From positions 1-35,126 of the IMG/VR virus record IMGVR_UViG_3300032136_000012: 35,126 nt of DNA, one strand, 5' to 3'. Source of the stretch: a virus. Lineage: Duplodnaviria > Caudoviricetes. The notes under the pieces are model-generated. The model searched no databases and was not told the origin of the DNA. It saw only the letters and a list, made by a program, of their open reading frames with translations. Every line of letters starts with the position of its first letter. Position 1 is the stretch's first letter. Below, piece by piece: positions 7,510-17,266 of this stretch. Position numbers and translations under genes: made by a program.

Positions 7510-9518
7510 TGTATAGTCCCCACCCTGCAATACCCCGCATCCGTGGGGGCTCTCTGGCGGCGCTCAAGACCTTCGAAGCCTTTTCAGGCTTGTCAGGCGT
7601 CGACAACCTCGACGCCAATCTCACGATCAACGGCACCACGAAGACCCCGACGTTTCGCTATTTCGGCGGCGACGCCAACGGAACAAACTGGGCTCCGGCT
7701 GGTTACGGCGAGACGTTGACTTTGCAGGCTGGAACGGCTCCGAGCTACAACCAGGGAAGCCCATGCCTTGGTGCGAACGATGATTCTGTGAAGTTCAATG
7801 GCGGTGGGCATTATCAAGCAACATCTTCTTTATCACAGATAGCAACTGAAGATTTTGTTATGGAGTACATACTTACCGCCAAAGACATAACAGAATATGT
7901 TTGCGCAACATATGACACTGGTCCAGGTTGGGTTTTTTATCTCTCCCCGAACGGAGCTGGTTCTTTTAAGTTTCGCATGTACGATGCTGGGGGAGACGTT
8001 TCTATTGAAACTACTGGAACAAATACAGACAATGCGTGGTATCACGTTATGGTATTTGTTAACAGAGATGAAGCGAGCCCAAACGGCTCTCAAGTATACA
8101 TTAATGGGTCCGCCGCTGCAACTGGTGTTGACATGTCCGCAGTGTCTGGAACTCTTGCCGATACCGATCTTGCGATTGGCGCAAACGCTTCTGGTGTTGG
8201 CGAATACAACGGAAACTTGGCATACGCTGCAATGTGGAAACAGGCTTCCTGGCACCAAGCCGGCGCTTCCGGTCCAGCCGAGTGGGCAACCCTCGCCGAA
8301 GAGCGATTTCTCAAACTGTCCGGGATGTATCCGAACAAAGCTAAAGGAACAGCGATCCCCACGACAGCCACAAGAACCTATCCAGCCTACCTAGACAAGG
8401 TAGAGTCCGGAGCTCGGAAGCTCTACTACGTCGGCGGTGAGTGGCTGCGACAGTGTCATCGGCAAGATGGAAGCGCTGTGGATGTTAAAGGCTATCTGTC
8501 CGAGGTTGAATCAACAAATAGCTTTACCTACTCTCAAGACCTATCTAACGCCGCATGGGTAAAAACCCGAGCGACAGTTTCCAGTAACGGAGCGGTCGCG
8601 CCGGACGGGACAACTACCGCTGATGGTATCATTGGAACGGCAGTAGCGAACACCCACTACGTGGGTCAGAGCATCTCTGGTGGGGCTGGTGATGACGAGT
8701 GGTCTGGCTGGCTAAAGAAGGCGAACAAGACATGGGCCTACCTTAACGTTCCCACTGTGGCCAATTGCGATGTATACATCGACGTGGACAACGTAGCTCT
8801 GGGCACCAAAGGTGCTGGCATGACAGCTTGTTACTTGGAAGATTGGGGTAACGACTGGGTGCGATTCGTGTGTATCTACACTGGTGGAGTTCCCGCACAC
8901 TCTCACGACATCTACCCTGCAGACGCCGACGGCGACAATAACTATACAGGCGATGGATCTACCGAGGATCTCTGGGTATGGGGTCAGCAACATGAGAAGA
9001 ACAGCTCCGGCTACGCAACGAGCTACATCCCGACGACATCAGCCGCTGCTACCAGACTCAAAGACCAGCTCCAATTCGTGGCTGGTGCGAATATCGGCGG
9101 GGAGGATGTGGGGCAGGGAACGATTGTTTGTGATTTGTTAATGCCGAACTACAACTCCGGCGCTAGGGTTATCACCCAAGTGTCAGATGGTGGGGCAGTC
9201 GCAGACCGGATCAATTTCCTTGTCAACAATCCAGGAGATGTTTTAACCGTTGCAACCACCGCATCAGGAGGGAACAGCGGTGCTGCCACTGTCGCGGGAG
9301 ATGTCTCGGATGGGGAGAAGCATGAAGCACGGTTGCGGTACGAGACAAACAACCTGGTCTTGAGTCTCGACAGTACGGATGGAACTGCTGACACTTCTGT
9401 GGATATTGCGGACGACTTGGACCGTATCGATTTCGGTATGGATGTGAGCGGCCTAAATCAATTCAACGGCCTAATCTCCAACTTCCGAATCTACAAAAAG
9501 CCTGTCAAGTCTGGATGA
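7509..9518 (+). CDS. LamG/concanavalin A-like domain virion protein (head spike/fibre-like)
   Basis: LamG signature DNAWYHVMVFVNR...VYING...LAIGA...YNGNL, followed by STNSFTYSQDLSNAAW...APDGTTTAD...ATSYIPTTSAAATR, typical of phage spike/fibre carbohydrate-binding domains. Confidence 0.75.
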   Translation: MYSPHPAIPRIRGGSLAALKTFEAFSGLSGVDNLDANLTINGTTKTPTFRYFGGDANGTNWAPAGYGETLTLQAGTAPSYNQGSPCLGANDDSVKFNGGGHYQATSSLSQIATEDFVMEYILTAKDITEYVCATYDTGPGWVFYLSPNGAGSFKFRMYDAGGDVSIETTGTNTDNAWYHVMVFVNRDEASPNGSQVYINGSAAATGVDMSAVSGTLADTDLAIGANASGVGEYNGNLAYAAMWKQASWHQAGASGPAEWATLAEERFLKLSGMYPNKAKGTAIPTTATRTYPAYLDKVESGARKLYYVGGEWLRQCHRQDGSAVDVKGYLSEVESTNSFTYSQDLSNAAWVKTRATVSSNGAVAPDGTTTADGIIGTAVANTHYVGQSISGGAGDDEWSGWLKKANKTWAYLNVPTVANCDVYIDVDNVALGTKGAGMTACYLEDWGNDWVRFVCIYTGGVPAHSHDIYPADADGDNNYTGDGSTEDLWVWGQQHEKNSSGYATSYIPTTSAAATRLKDQLQFVAGANIGGEDVGQGTIVCDLLMPNYNSGARVITQVSDGGAVADRINFLVNNPGDVLTVATTASGGNSGAATVAGDVSDGEKHEARLRYETNNLVLSLDSTDGTADTSVDIADDLDRIDFGMDVSGLNQFNGLISNFRIYKKPVKSG

Positions 9519-10048
9519 TCGGTTACGCCATAGGTAACGGCCTCTCCCGCCTCGGTATGGAGATCCCTACCGACGGCCCGATAGTTGCCTGCAACCGAGC
9601 CTACACAGACACACCGGCTGACTACATCGTAGCCCTCGACTGGCCTGTAATCCTGGAGATCGAAAAACTCGATCACCGTGATTTTCAGTTCATCACTAGG
9701 ACGCCAAGATGGAGCCACTTCACCCTCGACGGCGAGCCCATCTGTAAGATCTATGAGCTCAACGGGAAGCACGCCAAGAACTCTGGAATCGTCGCTTGCG
9801 CCTTCCTAGCCAAGATACTGCAGTGCAGTACCATTTACATGATAGGCTTTGACTTCTTCGCCTACGACGAAGGGGACAAGACCAACGACATATACGGCGG
9901 TCTCCACCGCCACGGTAACATCATTACACCTTTTAACACGCTCTTTGCACGCTACCCAGAGACGGAGTTCATCAGAGTCGGACCATGGCGTGATGAATAT
10001 AGCACGCTCAAGGGACTCACGTTTGAAGACCGGCTACGCGATAGGTAA
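9515..10048 (+). CDS. Maf/DUF115 or sialyltransferase-like putative glycosyltransferase, copy 1
   Basis: AIGNGLSR, ACNRAY, VALD, NSGIVA, IYMIGFDF: the GNGxS...N...D...SG...GxD pattern of GT29/GT42/Maf-like Rossmann folds. Confidence 0.6.
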   Translation: MIGYAIGNGLSRLGMEIPTDGPIVACNRAYTDTPADYIVALDWPVILEIEKLDHRDFQFITRTPRWSHFTLDGEPICKIYELNGKHAKNSGIVACAFLAKILQCSTIYMIGFDFFAYDEGDKTNDIYGGLHRHGNIITPFNTLFARYPETEFIRVGPWRDEYSTLKGLTFEDRLRDR

Positions 10049-10541
10049 CGGCCTCTCCAGAGAGGGAGTCGACTTAGGCTCTTTAGACGGCTTGGTCGTA
10101 GGCTGCAATGGCCTCTACAAGGACTTCAGTCCGGACATCCTAGTGAGCCTCGACGCCCGAGTCGAGGTTCCCGAGGAAAGAGACTTCAAGTGGCTGCATC
10201 TGGCCGAGACCAGAGTGGGCCTCCTCCTCGACGACCGACTGATCGGCGACGTGCGGGACTTGTTCCCCTTCCCAGGCTTTGACTCTGGGATGGTCGCCTG
10301 CGCCTACCTAGCCCGGTACAGCCGCTGCGCGACTGTCTACATGATAGGCTTTGACTTCTACACCGGCTATGGAGGCCGGAACGACATCTACCACGACGAG
10401 GCAGTCAAGAATAGCATTCCAATGACCAATTGGAATCTCCTTGCTGACTTCTACCCCGACACTGACTTTGTCCGCCTGGGACCCTGGCGCGATGAATATA
10501 GCGAACTCAAAGGATTGACTTTTGGGAATCACCGCCCTTAG
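10023..10541 (+). CDS. Maf/DUF115 or sialyltransferase-like putative glycosyltransferase, copy 2
   Basis: Paralogue of the previous gene (AIGNGLSR, GCNGLY, DSGMVA, VYMIGFDF, GPWRDEYS). Start moved from 9849 to TTG at 10023, which follows AAGGGA and aligns the two N-termini. Confidence 0.6.
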   Translation: MKTGYAIGNGLSREGVDLGSLDGLVVGCNGLYKDFSPDILVSLDARVEVPEERDFKWLHLAETRVGLLLDDRLIGDVRDLFPFPGFDSGMVACAYLARYSRCATVYMIGFDFYTGYGGRNDIYHDEAVKNSIPMTNWNLLADFYPDTDFVRLGPWRDEYSELKGLTFGNHRP

Positions 10542-13428
10542 CACAACAGCCGTCGAGCGCATGGCAGGCTGCACCTTCTCCGAAGGCTTCTACTCGGACG
10601 CCTACATCGAAGAGAACGGCGGCACCCTTGAGCCTGTAGCAGGCACCCCACCTACGGCGGACAGTTACGAATCGCTTACCCTTACCAGAACGGACAGTCA
10701 ATACGTATCCTACCCCCTGGTCGACGAGCTCAACCATTCGACGCTGACGATCATTGCGGAGTTCTCGCCCACCTTCGACACCGACGCTGACGCCTACTAC
10801 TACCTCTTCAGTGCCTCCGGAGGCACCTACGTAGTCAACAAAGCCGATAACGCCGGGAGCAACACGCTCCGGATCCGGCTCGGTGGAACCAATATAATAT
10901 TGATCCCGGAAGCTACGTATTCCCCCTACTGGAACGTCAACTCCCGCAACGTCCTTGCAATCTCCTCGACAACTGGCGACACCGACGTCTGGCTCAATGG
11001 CAACAAGATCGTCGACGCGGACAACACCGCCTGGTCCCCCAACGCCGTCTCCGGACTCTGGTTGGGATCCTACAGCACCCCTGGCAACTACTTCGACGGG
11101 ACGCTGTACAAGTTCCAGATCTACGACTCCCGTCTTTCAGACGACGACCTCGAGCACCTGCGGCTGGGGACGCTGACAGACTACCGCGACTCGGTCACGG
11201 TCGATCTGGATTGCAGTGTGGCGAGCCACCGAGCGGGAACGCTCCAGGCCCGAGACATCAGCGGCAACGACAACCATGCGAAGCTGGGGAACAGCCTCGT
11301 AGCGGCGCAGGCTCCAACGAAGACAGCCGGGAGAGCTGGCTACACCTTCGACGGCTCTGACGACTACCTGTCCGGCGTGACAGCCCCGACGGGGGCCTTC
11401 ACCATCACCGTCCTCGAGAGAACCGGGGGAGCCCCGGTCCTGAACCAGGACAACGACTTGGCTTCCAAGTGGGACGACATCATGTCCCCTGGGCAGTACA
11501 GCAACGAGTTGCTGACCCTGCGAGTCCACCCCACCGCCTTGACTGCCATGCAATTGCTCGACGAGCAATACACCCTCTTCAGGCGACTCAACGACAACGA
11601 CCTCACGGACGGCGTAGTCCTGGACCTCGACGCCGAGGGAGCTCTAGATTTCTATCTAGACAGCCGTTCAGGGGCTCTCGCGGACTGGTCTCGAAACGAG
11701 TCAGCAGTCTCTGCTGCCAACGTCACTTGGGACGACACGAACTTTCAATGGACCTCCGGGACCAACAGCTACGTAAACAACACCGTCGGCAAGCGCTCCA
11801 AAGGAGCTTGGTACGTCGCCGGCAACTTCTACCTCGTCAGTACCAACGGGACCTTGCTGTCTCAGTGGGAGACCGCTGGGGATCAGCAGTACCTCTGGGA
11901 CTGGAACGCCGCAGGGGGCACGGTAGGCTTGACCGGCAACGGAGCGAGAGCGACCGCGACCACGACGATCTCCAACGGCGACGCCTGGGTGGCCCATGCT
12001 GTAAACTTCGAGTCTGGGCTGACGCCCAAGGGCTTCAAGAACGGCGAGAGCATCGGCGACTACAGCGCCGCAGTGACGGAGGCCGGCGACACCGTGGTCT
12101 CAGTGATCGGTAACGACCACGACTACAACGCTGCCTTGGCGAACGCGGAGTTCACCGTGGCGGTCATGGTCTCCCGGCAGCTCTCGGAGAACGAGCACAG
12201 GAATCTGCATTCCTGGACCTTCCCCAACAGGTGGGAGACCGACGCGGTCACGCGCACCACTGCTGACGTAGAGGACTACATCGACAACAAGGACCCCTCG
12301 CGGGTCGTTGGTCTGAACCTACGTCGAGGCTCTGATGGCCTCGTCCCCGACCTGAGTGCTTACAATCACTATGCCAGCCCAGGAGGAGATGAAAGCTTCA
12401 CCAGAGGACGCCTCGGGCTGCAGGTTAACCAGAGCGGGGGAGGATCCCTCCCGGTGTTCAGCCTCACGCAGAACGTGGCTTCCATAGCCTTCTGGATAAA
12501 ACAGGACGCCTCGGTCGACGAGACCCTCTTCGTCACGACAGGAGTTGCATCCAATCCAGAGATTGCCATCGTATCTGACACCTTGACAGCCTTGAACTTC
12601 CCCAACACCGTGGCCTTCTACGTCGACGGCGAGGCGGGGACCGCGATCACCCCGGGGGTGTGGCACCACGTTGTCGCCTCCTGCGGAACCATCTTCGACC
12701 CCTCAGCTTTCAACCTCGGCTTCGGAACCACCTACGGATCCTACAACGGCTCCTTCGCTGGAGCGCAGTTCTTTCGCCGAGCGATCTCAGCCGAAGAAGC
12801 TGCGACCATGTATGGTCGAGGGAACGCCGCCAAGTTCGAGACGTCCTGGGGAGCCCAGGAGACCTTCGGAACCGTCTCTAGTGGCAACATAGGCAACACA
12901 CCCTTCGTAGTCTCTTCAGGCGTCTGGGCGCTCGACAGCGAGACCGTGGACGACTTCCTGATCAAGACTCTGGCTTGCTCGACAGCGGGCAAGGTCTACC
13001 TGCCCACGACAGCCCTAATCGAGGATACCACCGACGCCGCCTTCGGCCAGTGGGAGTTCTCGATGTACAAGACGCAGACCGCGAACGTGGCGACAGTCTA
13101 CTTCGTAGGGTCCTCGACCGTACCGGCAGCAGGGTACTACCTGCAGCACGATGCCAGCGACGAGGTCTCCCTTGGCGAGGTGGGTGTCGGGGCTGCAACT
13201 ACACCGGTCTCGACGACCGCCGCAGCTTGGCACGACTACAAAATCACAAGAACGTCGACTGGGGTTTTTGAGGTATTCATCGACGACACCTCGGCCGGGA
13301 CCTTCACCGACACGACAACCCTGGCGTCAAGCTACATCGTTTTCGACTTCGACGCAGGGGACAAAATCAAGTACGCGGACTTCTTCGGAGGATCGAACTT
13401 CGTCAAAAGGCTGAAGCATGAGCTATAA
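10522..13428 (+). CDS. large multi-LamG-domain virion protein
   Basis: 968 aa with repeated LamG motifs (VWLNG...LWLG...YFDGTL...IYDSRLS; SIAFWIK...FYVDG...WHHVVA; WHDYKITR...VFIDD); TTG start after AAAGGA. Confidence 0.78.
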   Translation: MGITALSTTAVERMAGCTFSEGFYSDAYIEENGGTLEPVAGTPPTADSYESLTLTRTDSQYVSYPLVDELNHSTLTIIAEFSPTFDTDADAYYYLFSASGGTYVVNKADNAGSNTLRIRLGGTNIILIPEATYSPYWNVNSRNVLAISSTTGDTDVWLNGNKIVDADNTAWSPNAVSGLWLGSYSTPGNYFDGTLYKFQIYDSRLSDDDLEHLRLGTLTDYRDSVTVDLDCSVASHRAGTLQARDISGNDNHAKLGNSLVAAQAPTKTAGRAGYTFDGSDDYLSGVTAPTGAFTITVLERTGGAPVLNQDNDLASKWDDIMSPGQYSNELLTLRVHPTALTAMQLLDEQYTLFRRLNDNDLTDGVVLDLDAEGALDFYLDSRSGALADWSRNESAVSAANVTWDDTNFQWTSGTNSYVNNTVGKRSKGAWYVAGNFYLVSTNGTLLSQWETAGDQQYLWDWNAAGGTVGLTGNGARATATTTISNGDAWVAHAVNFESGLTPKGFKNGESIGDYSAAVTEAGDTVVSVIGNDHDYNAALANAEFTVAVMVSRQLSENEHRNLHSWTFPNRWETDAVTRTTADVEDYIDNKDPSRVVGLNLRRGSDGLVPDLSAYNHYASPGGDESFTRGRLGLQVNQSGGGSLPVFSLTQNVASIAFWIKQDASVDETLFVTTGVASNPEIAIVSDTLTALNFPNTVAFYVDGEAGTAITPGVWHHVVASCGTIFDPSAFNLGFGTTYGSYNGSFAGAQFFRRAISAEEAATMYGRGNAAKFETSWGAQETFGTVSSGNIGNTPFVVSSGVWALDSETVDDFLIKTLACSTAGKVYLPTTALIEDTTDAAFGQWEFSMYKTQTANVATVYFVGSSTVPAAGYYLQHDASDEVSLGEVGVGAATTPVSTTAAAWHDYKITRTSTGVFEVFIDDTSAGTFTDTTTLASSYIVFDFDAGDKIKYADFFGGSNFVKRLKHEL

Positions 13429-14329
13429 GAAAGTAATCTACGGAGAGACCACCACCCTGCGACTTGAGTTCCCTCTTACGTGGGAGACAGAGAACCTGAG
13501 CAGCCTGACCCTCGCCGTCAACGACCGAGCCGGTAACGTCTTGGAGGCTGCCTCTGCTGCCACCCTAAGGACCGCGACCGAGCTCGATGGAGCTGTTACT
13601 GCCGGGGACATGACTATCACCCTAGATAGCGGTGCAGCCGATGTAGTCGAGAATGATACACTCTACATCTTCGCCAGTGGATCAGACCCCTCGGAAGAGG
13701 TAGAGGTAGCAAGCTACGACACAACGGCGTATGTCGCCACTCTCAAGCGCCCTCTACTCTATGACCATGTCGACGCTGCAGAGGTCTACGGCGCTTTCGC
13801 GACCTACGACCTCGACGCATCCGACACTGACGTTTTTGAGCTCGGCGAGCAACTGGTGCTCGAGTGGACCCCGACCTGGGTAGCCGACGAAGTCGAGATG
13901 GGCGGTATCGTCCGAGAGCGAGCAGAGGTCGTCCAGTACGAGACCTTGGTCGCTGACTTCCGGCAGCGCTTTGCGGCGCTCTACCCCAGAGAGTTTGAGG
14001 CTGTCACTGAACAGTATAACCGTTTCGAGGACCTCTACTTCGAGGCTCGCCGGCAGGTAAAGACCGAGCTGGCTCTACGCGGGATGGACATGGACCGCAT
14101 CGTGGACGCCGACCTCCTGGCCCCCGTGCTGATGAACAAGATCCGGTGGCTCATCCTCGTCACAGCCGACGCCTCCTATGAAGACGAGCGAGAGACCTGC
14201 AGCAATGAGTACGGTCGGCAGTTCGAACTGCTCTGCAACTCAACGATCTGGACCGACGACGACCAGGATGGGATGATCGACGACGAAGAGGTCTCGACGT
14301 ACAGCCCCATCTTCGATAGAGCCCTATGA
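13418..14329 (+). CDS. putative head-tail adaptor / virion structural protein
   Basis: 303 aa, beta-rich N-half and helical C-half, placed just before the neck gene. Call is positional. Confidence 0.5.
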   Translation: MSYKKVIYGETTTLRLEFPLTWETENLSSLTLAVNDRAGNVLEAASAATLRTATELDGAVTAGDMTITLDSGAADVVENDTLYIFASGSDPSEEVEVASYDTTAYVATLKRPLLYDHVDAAEVYGAFATYDLDASDTDVFELGEQLVLEWTPTWVADEVEMGGIVRERAEVVQYETLVADFRQRFAALYPREFEAVTEQYNRFEDLYFEARRQVKTELALRGMDMDRIVDADLLAPVLMNKIRWLILVTADASYEDERETCSNEYGRQFELLCNSTIWTDDDQDGMIDDEEVSTYSPIFDRAL

Positions 14330-14823
14330 AACTGACATTCGAGATGAAGAGCATTGCCCTACCAGGCAACACCATCGAGGATATGCAGAAGCGCATGGCG
14401 AACGGTGGGGCTATGGCCTTTGCCGACCCCAGGGATATTCATCCCAGGACAGGTGAGTTCGTCGAGGATGTTGCAGTCATCAACGAGCTTGGAGCCACTG
14501 CCACGGCTGACAGTCCAGCGATTCCGGCTCGGCCGGCTTTGAAGACTATGATGCGAAAGAGCAAGAAGTACTTCATTGACATGATGACACAGCTCTTCCG
14601 GGCCTGGCTCAATGGCAAGCAGACGCTGCCGGAGATAGAACGCCGTGTAGGGAAGACACTCATGGAGAGGTTAAGAACCTCGATTCGTGAATGGAAGAGA
14701 CCGGCCAACGCCCCGATGACTCGCCGGCGCAAGAAGTTCAATAACCCCCTGGTTGAGACCGGAAAGCTTATAAGGAGTATCAAGTGGAGATCAGTGCGAT
14801 CAAGAACTGGCTTCAATACATAG
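14326..14823 (+). CDS. neck / tail-completion protein
   Basis: IPARPAL and NAPMT...KKFNNPLVETGKLIRSI motifs typical of myovirus neck proteins; basic composition. Confidence 0.75.
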   Translation: MKLTFEMKSIALPGNTIEDMQKRMANGGAMAFADPRDIHPRTGEFVEDVAVINELGATATADSPAIPARPALKTMMRKSKKYFIDMMTQLFRAWLNGKQTLPEIERRVGKTLMERLRTSIREWKRPANAPMTRRRKKFNNPLVETGKLIRSIKWRSVRSRTGFNT

Positions 14824-15356
14824 GAGCTGACTTCGACGTACGCGAGGCCCACAACCGGTTTCGAAACGGAATGAAGCCACCAGCAGACCACTTCGTATTC
14901 AACATTGCGGTCTCGCAACCAATAGGCGACCACGCTGTTGTGGACAAGGAAGCCTCCTCGTACGACAACTCCACGTCATTTAGCAAGCGCTTCAGGACTC
15001 TGGTGGAGGTCAGCTGTGAAGCCGAGAACGCCGTCCTAGTCATGCAGAGCCTCGACGCCTCTACTTCCATGGAAGCCGTTCGAGACTTCTTTGGGGCAAG
15101 CGTAGTTTGCCTCGGCCTCATCAGCGACATCGTTGACTCGACAGAATACGACGAGACTCACGGCGAGGTAGCTCGGCAGACTCGCTACACAGCGACTTTT
15201 GAATTTCAAGAACTAATCACATACACCAAGACTCTCACCAACGACATTTGGGATGAGTACGAATTGACAGGAACTCTCGTCGAAGTCGACGATGAAACCG
15301 AGACAACGGTGACGGCGGAATACTCAACAGGAGACCCGTCCCCTCCCGAACTATAA
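14784..15356 (+). CDS. putative tail terminator protein
   Basis: 190 aa directly before the sheath gene; call is positional. Confidence 0.55.
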   Translation: MEISAIKNWLQYIGADFDVREAHNRFRNGMKPPADHFVFNIAVSQPIGDHAVVDKEASSYDNSTSFSKRFRTLVEVSCEAENAVLVMQSLDASTSMEAVRDFFGASVVCLGLISDIVDSTEYDETHGEVARQTRYTATFEFQELITYTKTLTNDIWDEYELTGTLVEVDDETETTVTAEYSTGDPSPPEL

Positions 15357-15384
15357 CAACCGGCCGTAGGCCAAAAGGAAAATC

Positions 15385-16830
15385 ATGGCAACCATTAGCG
15401 ACCACGTATCAATCACTGCAACACTGCAGACTGCGACGTCGCCCGTGGCCTCTTTCGATCAGCTGTTTCTGGCTGCGGACACGGCCGATGTACCCCACGA
15501 TCAGAGGTATATCACGACTACCAAGTCGGCGTACACTGACGATCTGACAAGCGGGACCGACGCCTACAACTTCGCGTCAGAGTTCTTCGCGCAAGACCGC
15601 ACGGCAGACTCCCTCTCAATAGGCTTCTGGGCTGAAACGGCTCAAGAGAACTTTGTCGTCTGTCCAGACCTCAGCACGACGGTTGCGTCTTGGAACTTGA
15701 AAGGCGCGACAGCTTACTACAAACTGACTGAGAACGTGACTACCGAAGAGATGACCGTATCGGGTCTCGACGCTGACACTACGATGGTCGAGGTCTTGGC
15801 AGCTCTCAACGCTAGTCTCGCCGGCACATTCGCAGCCTACGCTTGGTCAGTAGACCCCCTTGGTAGATACATCCTGACATCTGACAACACCGGGGCCTCT
15901 GCTGCCACCGTGACGATCACGGCCGGAACTACTGGAACTGACGTCTCCGACTTGATTGGGATCAGCACATCCTACCACGTAGCCGGCCTCGACGCTGAGA
16001 CGCCTGCACAGGCTCTAACGGCTATCTCTGACATCTACGACGACTACTACTTCGTCTGCTATCGTGGTTCGAACGGGACTGGCTCGGGAGCAGCGGTCGA
16101 ACAGCTCGCCCTCTCCACTGCCGTCCAGTCTCTGAACAAGATGCTGGTCCTGGTCAGCACGGACGCAAACTGCAAGCTCGCATCGGGAGATACTTCCAGT
16201 ATAGCCTACGGAACCTCCAACGCCGATCACAAGAGGACGATGGTAATCTTCACAGAGCACACCACCGACTTCGTCGATGGAGCTATCCAGGGCTTGATCA
16301 TCCCCGCAGATGAGGGGACTGTCAACTGGGCTTGGGAGCCGCTGACTGGAGTCAACGAGTCCGGCCTAGCCGGCGACGGCTCGACAGCCGAACCCCTGAC
16401 CAATACGGAACGTACGGCTCTCGAGGCTAAGAACTGCAACTGGCTTGAGAGAATCAGCGGATCCACCTTCCTGTACCCTGGCATAACTGCGGACGACATC
16501 GAGATGAGGCTCATGGTAGGGCGCGATTGGTTCGTTTTCGGTATCCAGGGAGACATCTTCGCGGACATGCTCAACAGCAACCTCAACGCCTTCGACAATG
16601 CCACCTTGGCCAAGTTCGAGGGTATCGTCCGAGAGTGGCTTGACGTCGCTCTTGAGCGTCGAATCATCGTTGACACTGAGGATCGGCCGATCACGGTTGA
16701 CTTCCCAGACGCCGACGACTTCACGGCTGCACAGAGAGCCTCACATACGATGACCCTCTCTGATGTGTTCACGGCCTACTTGAACAGCGCGGTCAACGAC
16801 GTAACAATCACCGGCACCTTCGTAATCTAA
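15385..16830 (+). CDS. contractile tail sheath protein (DUF3383-like)
   Basis: 481 aa; AET...AL...DYYF, GTVNWAWEPLTGV, GRDWF and C-terminal AVNDVTITGTF fit DUF3383 sheaths; AAAAGGA RBS. Confidence 0.85.
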   Translation: MATISDHVSITATLQTATSPVASFDQLFLAADTADVPHDQRYITTTKSAYTDDLTSGTDAYNFASEFFAQDRTADSLSIGFWAETAQENFVVCPDLSTTVASWNLKGATAYYKLTENVTTEEMTVSGLDADTTMVEVLAALNASLAGTFAAYAWSVDPLGRYILTSDNTGASAATVTITAGTTGTDVSDLIGISTSYHVAGLDAETPAQALTAISDIYDDYYFVCYRGSNGTGSGAAVEQLALSTAVQSLNKMLVLVSTDANCKLASGDTSSIAYGTSNADHKRTMVIFTEHTTDFVDGAIQGLIIPADEGTVNWAWEPLTGVNESGLAGDGSTAEPLTNTERTALEAKNCNWLERISGSTFLYPGITADDIEMRLMVGRDWFVFGIQGDIFADMLNSNLNAFDNATLAKFEGIVREWLDVALERRIIVDTEDRPITVDFPDADDFTAAQRASHTMTLSDVFTAYLNSAVNDVTITGTFVI

Positions 16831-16840
16831 GGAGTAACCA

Positions 16841-17260
16841 ATGGCATACAAACAATACAACCCTGACAAAGTCGCCGTGATCCTCGGGACCTTTGCTGCC
16901 AAGGGCCTCGCTGAAGGCGAGTTCGTTACGGTAGAGTACGCCGAAGACCGAAGGTCCATGCAGATCAGCACGGACGGCTACGGCCGACACATCAAGAACC
17001 TGAACAACAGTGGGACAGTCACCGTTCGCCTCACCGACTTCAGTCCTACCAACGACGAAATCATGACTCTGGAGACATCTGACGTTCCTTTTATCATCCA
17101 GATCGTCGACAAGAATAGCACTGCTGCTCACTTCTTCGCCGGCTCCTGTATGTTGGCCAAGGTCCCGAACTTCGTTCGTGGCAAAGAAGGAACTGTCAAT
17201 GAGTACGTGTTCAACTTTACCAGCGGTGTAATCTACCAGTCTGGTGCACAGGAGTACTAA
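16841..17260 (+). CDS. tail tube protein (DUF3277-like)
   Basis: YNPDKVAVILG, SGTVTVRL..FSPTN, AKVP...RGKE; follows the sheath gene; TAAGGAG RBS. Confidence 0.85.
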   Translation: MAYKQYNPDKVAVILGTFAAKGLAEGEFVTVEYAEDRRSMQISTDGYGRHIKNLNNSGTVTVRLTDFSPTNDEIMTLETSDVPFIIQIVDKNSTAAHFFAGSCMLAKVPNFVRGKEGTVNEYVFNFTSGVIYQSGAQEY

Positions 17261-17266
17261 ACTTAA

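Noticed and set aside
9849-10022. N-terminal extension of the second glycosyltransferase-like ORF as given in the track
   Set aside because: It overlaps copy 1 out of frame; homology and an RBS point to TTG 10023.
9515-10541. Duplicated segments as the template and variable repeats of a diversity-generating retroelement
   Set aside because: Both copies are intact genes, differences are not confined to adenines, and no reverse transcriptase is present.
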